Made by a program: the position numbers and the translations under genes. The notes under the pieces are model-generated. The model did no database searches. It saw only the letters and a program-made list of their open reading frames with translations, and was not told where the DNA came from. Positions 63,601 to 64,000 of a stretch of DNA of 64,000 nucleotides are shown here, piece after piece; positions within the stretch are counted from its first letter, which is position 1, and each line of letters opens with the position of its first letter. Origin of the DNA: Eledone cirrhosa. Taxonomy: Eukaryota. The stretch is from NCBI GenBank assembly GCA_964016885.1, contig OZ024740.1, forward strand, positions 32,550,001 through 32,614,000, in the 5' to 3' direction.

Positions 63601-64000
63601 GACAAGGCTGGCCTTTGACTTACAGGTACAGTATTTTAATAGTGGGACACAGCTGGCCTTTGAATTACAGGTACATTGTATGAACAGTGTGACAAGGCTG
63701 GCCTTTAAATTACAGGTACAGTTTATTAATAGTGTGACAAGGCTGGCCTTTTGAATTACAGGTACAGTCTATCAATAGTGTGACAAGGCTGGCCTTTGAT
63801 TTACAGGTACAGTCTACCAATAGTGTGACAAGGCTGGGCTTTGACATACAGGTACAGTCTATTAATAGTGTGACAAGGCTGGCCTTTGAATTACAGGTAC
63901 AGTCTATCAATAGTGTGACAAGGCTGGCCTTTGAATTACAGGTACAGTCTATCAATAGTGTGACAAGGCTGGCCTTTGAATTACAGGTACAGTCTATCAA
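60696..64000. repeat. 45-bp satellite (some 44/46-bp units), more than 70 copies; runs off the right edge
   Basis: Unit AATAGTGTGACAAGGCTGGCCTTTGAATTACAGGTACAGTCTATC. Confidence 0.98.

Overview
This is eukaryotic, AT-rich, repeat-dominated animal DNA. From memory, the SINE and RTE-tail families look octopod/cephalopod; that is inference, not a database result. Almost all of the supplied ORFs are artefacts of repeats. The one host gene I can support is an AIFM3-like (Rieske ferredoxin/oxidoreductase) gene on the minus strand. Its first four coding exons (42835-42805, 23507-23457, 21453-21336, 13772-13663) splice GT-AG and in phase to give MGLNSSRTAK...FAFGSKCVHYGLPLAK(G); the remaining exons lie left of the window. 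Its introns and upstream region hold three multi-kb satellites (25/27, 54 and 45 bp units) and three small minisatellites. They also hold a decayed Gypsy-like LTR element, mariner, hAT and Merlin transposons, piggyBac-type MITEs, CRE-clade and RTE LINEs, a near-intact Penelope-like element with a candidate hammerhead ribozyme, and many tRNA-derived SINEs. The most notable observations are: a displaced copy of part of the Rieske exon carried with a retroelement tail (candidate 3' transduction, source and copy both in view); a 7-kb array of ~130 hairpins in an intron; minisatellites apparently born inside TE sequence; a 789-bp foldback element with an 8-bp TSD; and an unassigned TIR element with GC-rich cargo. 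I do not see a clearly new multi-gene system.
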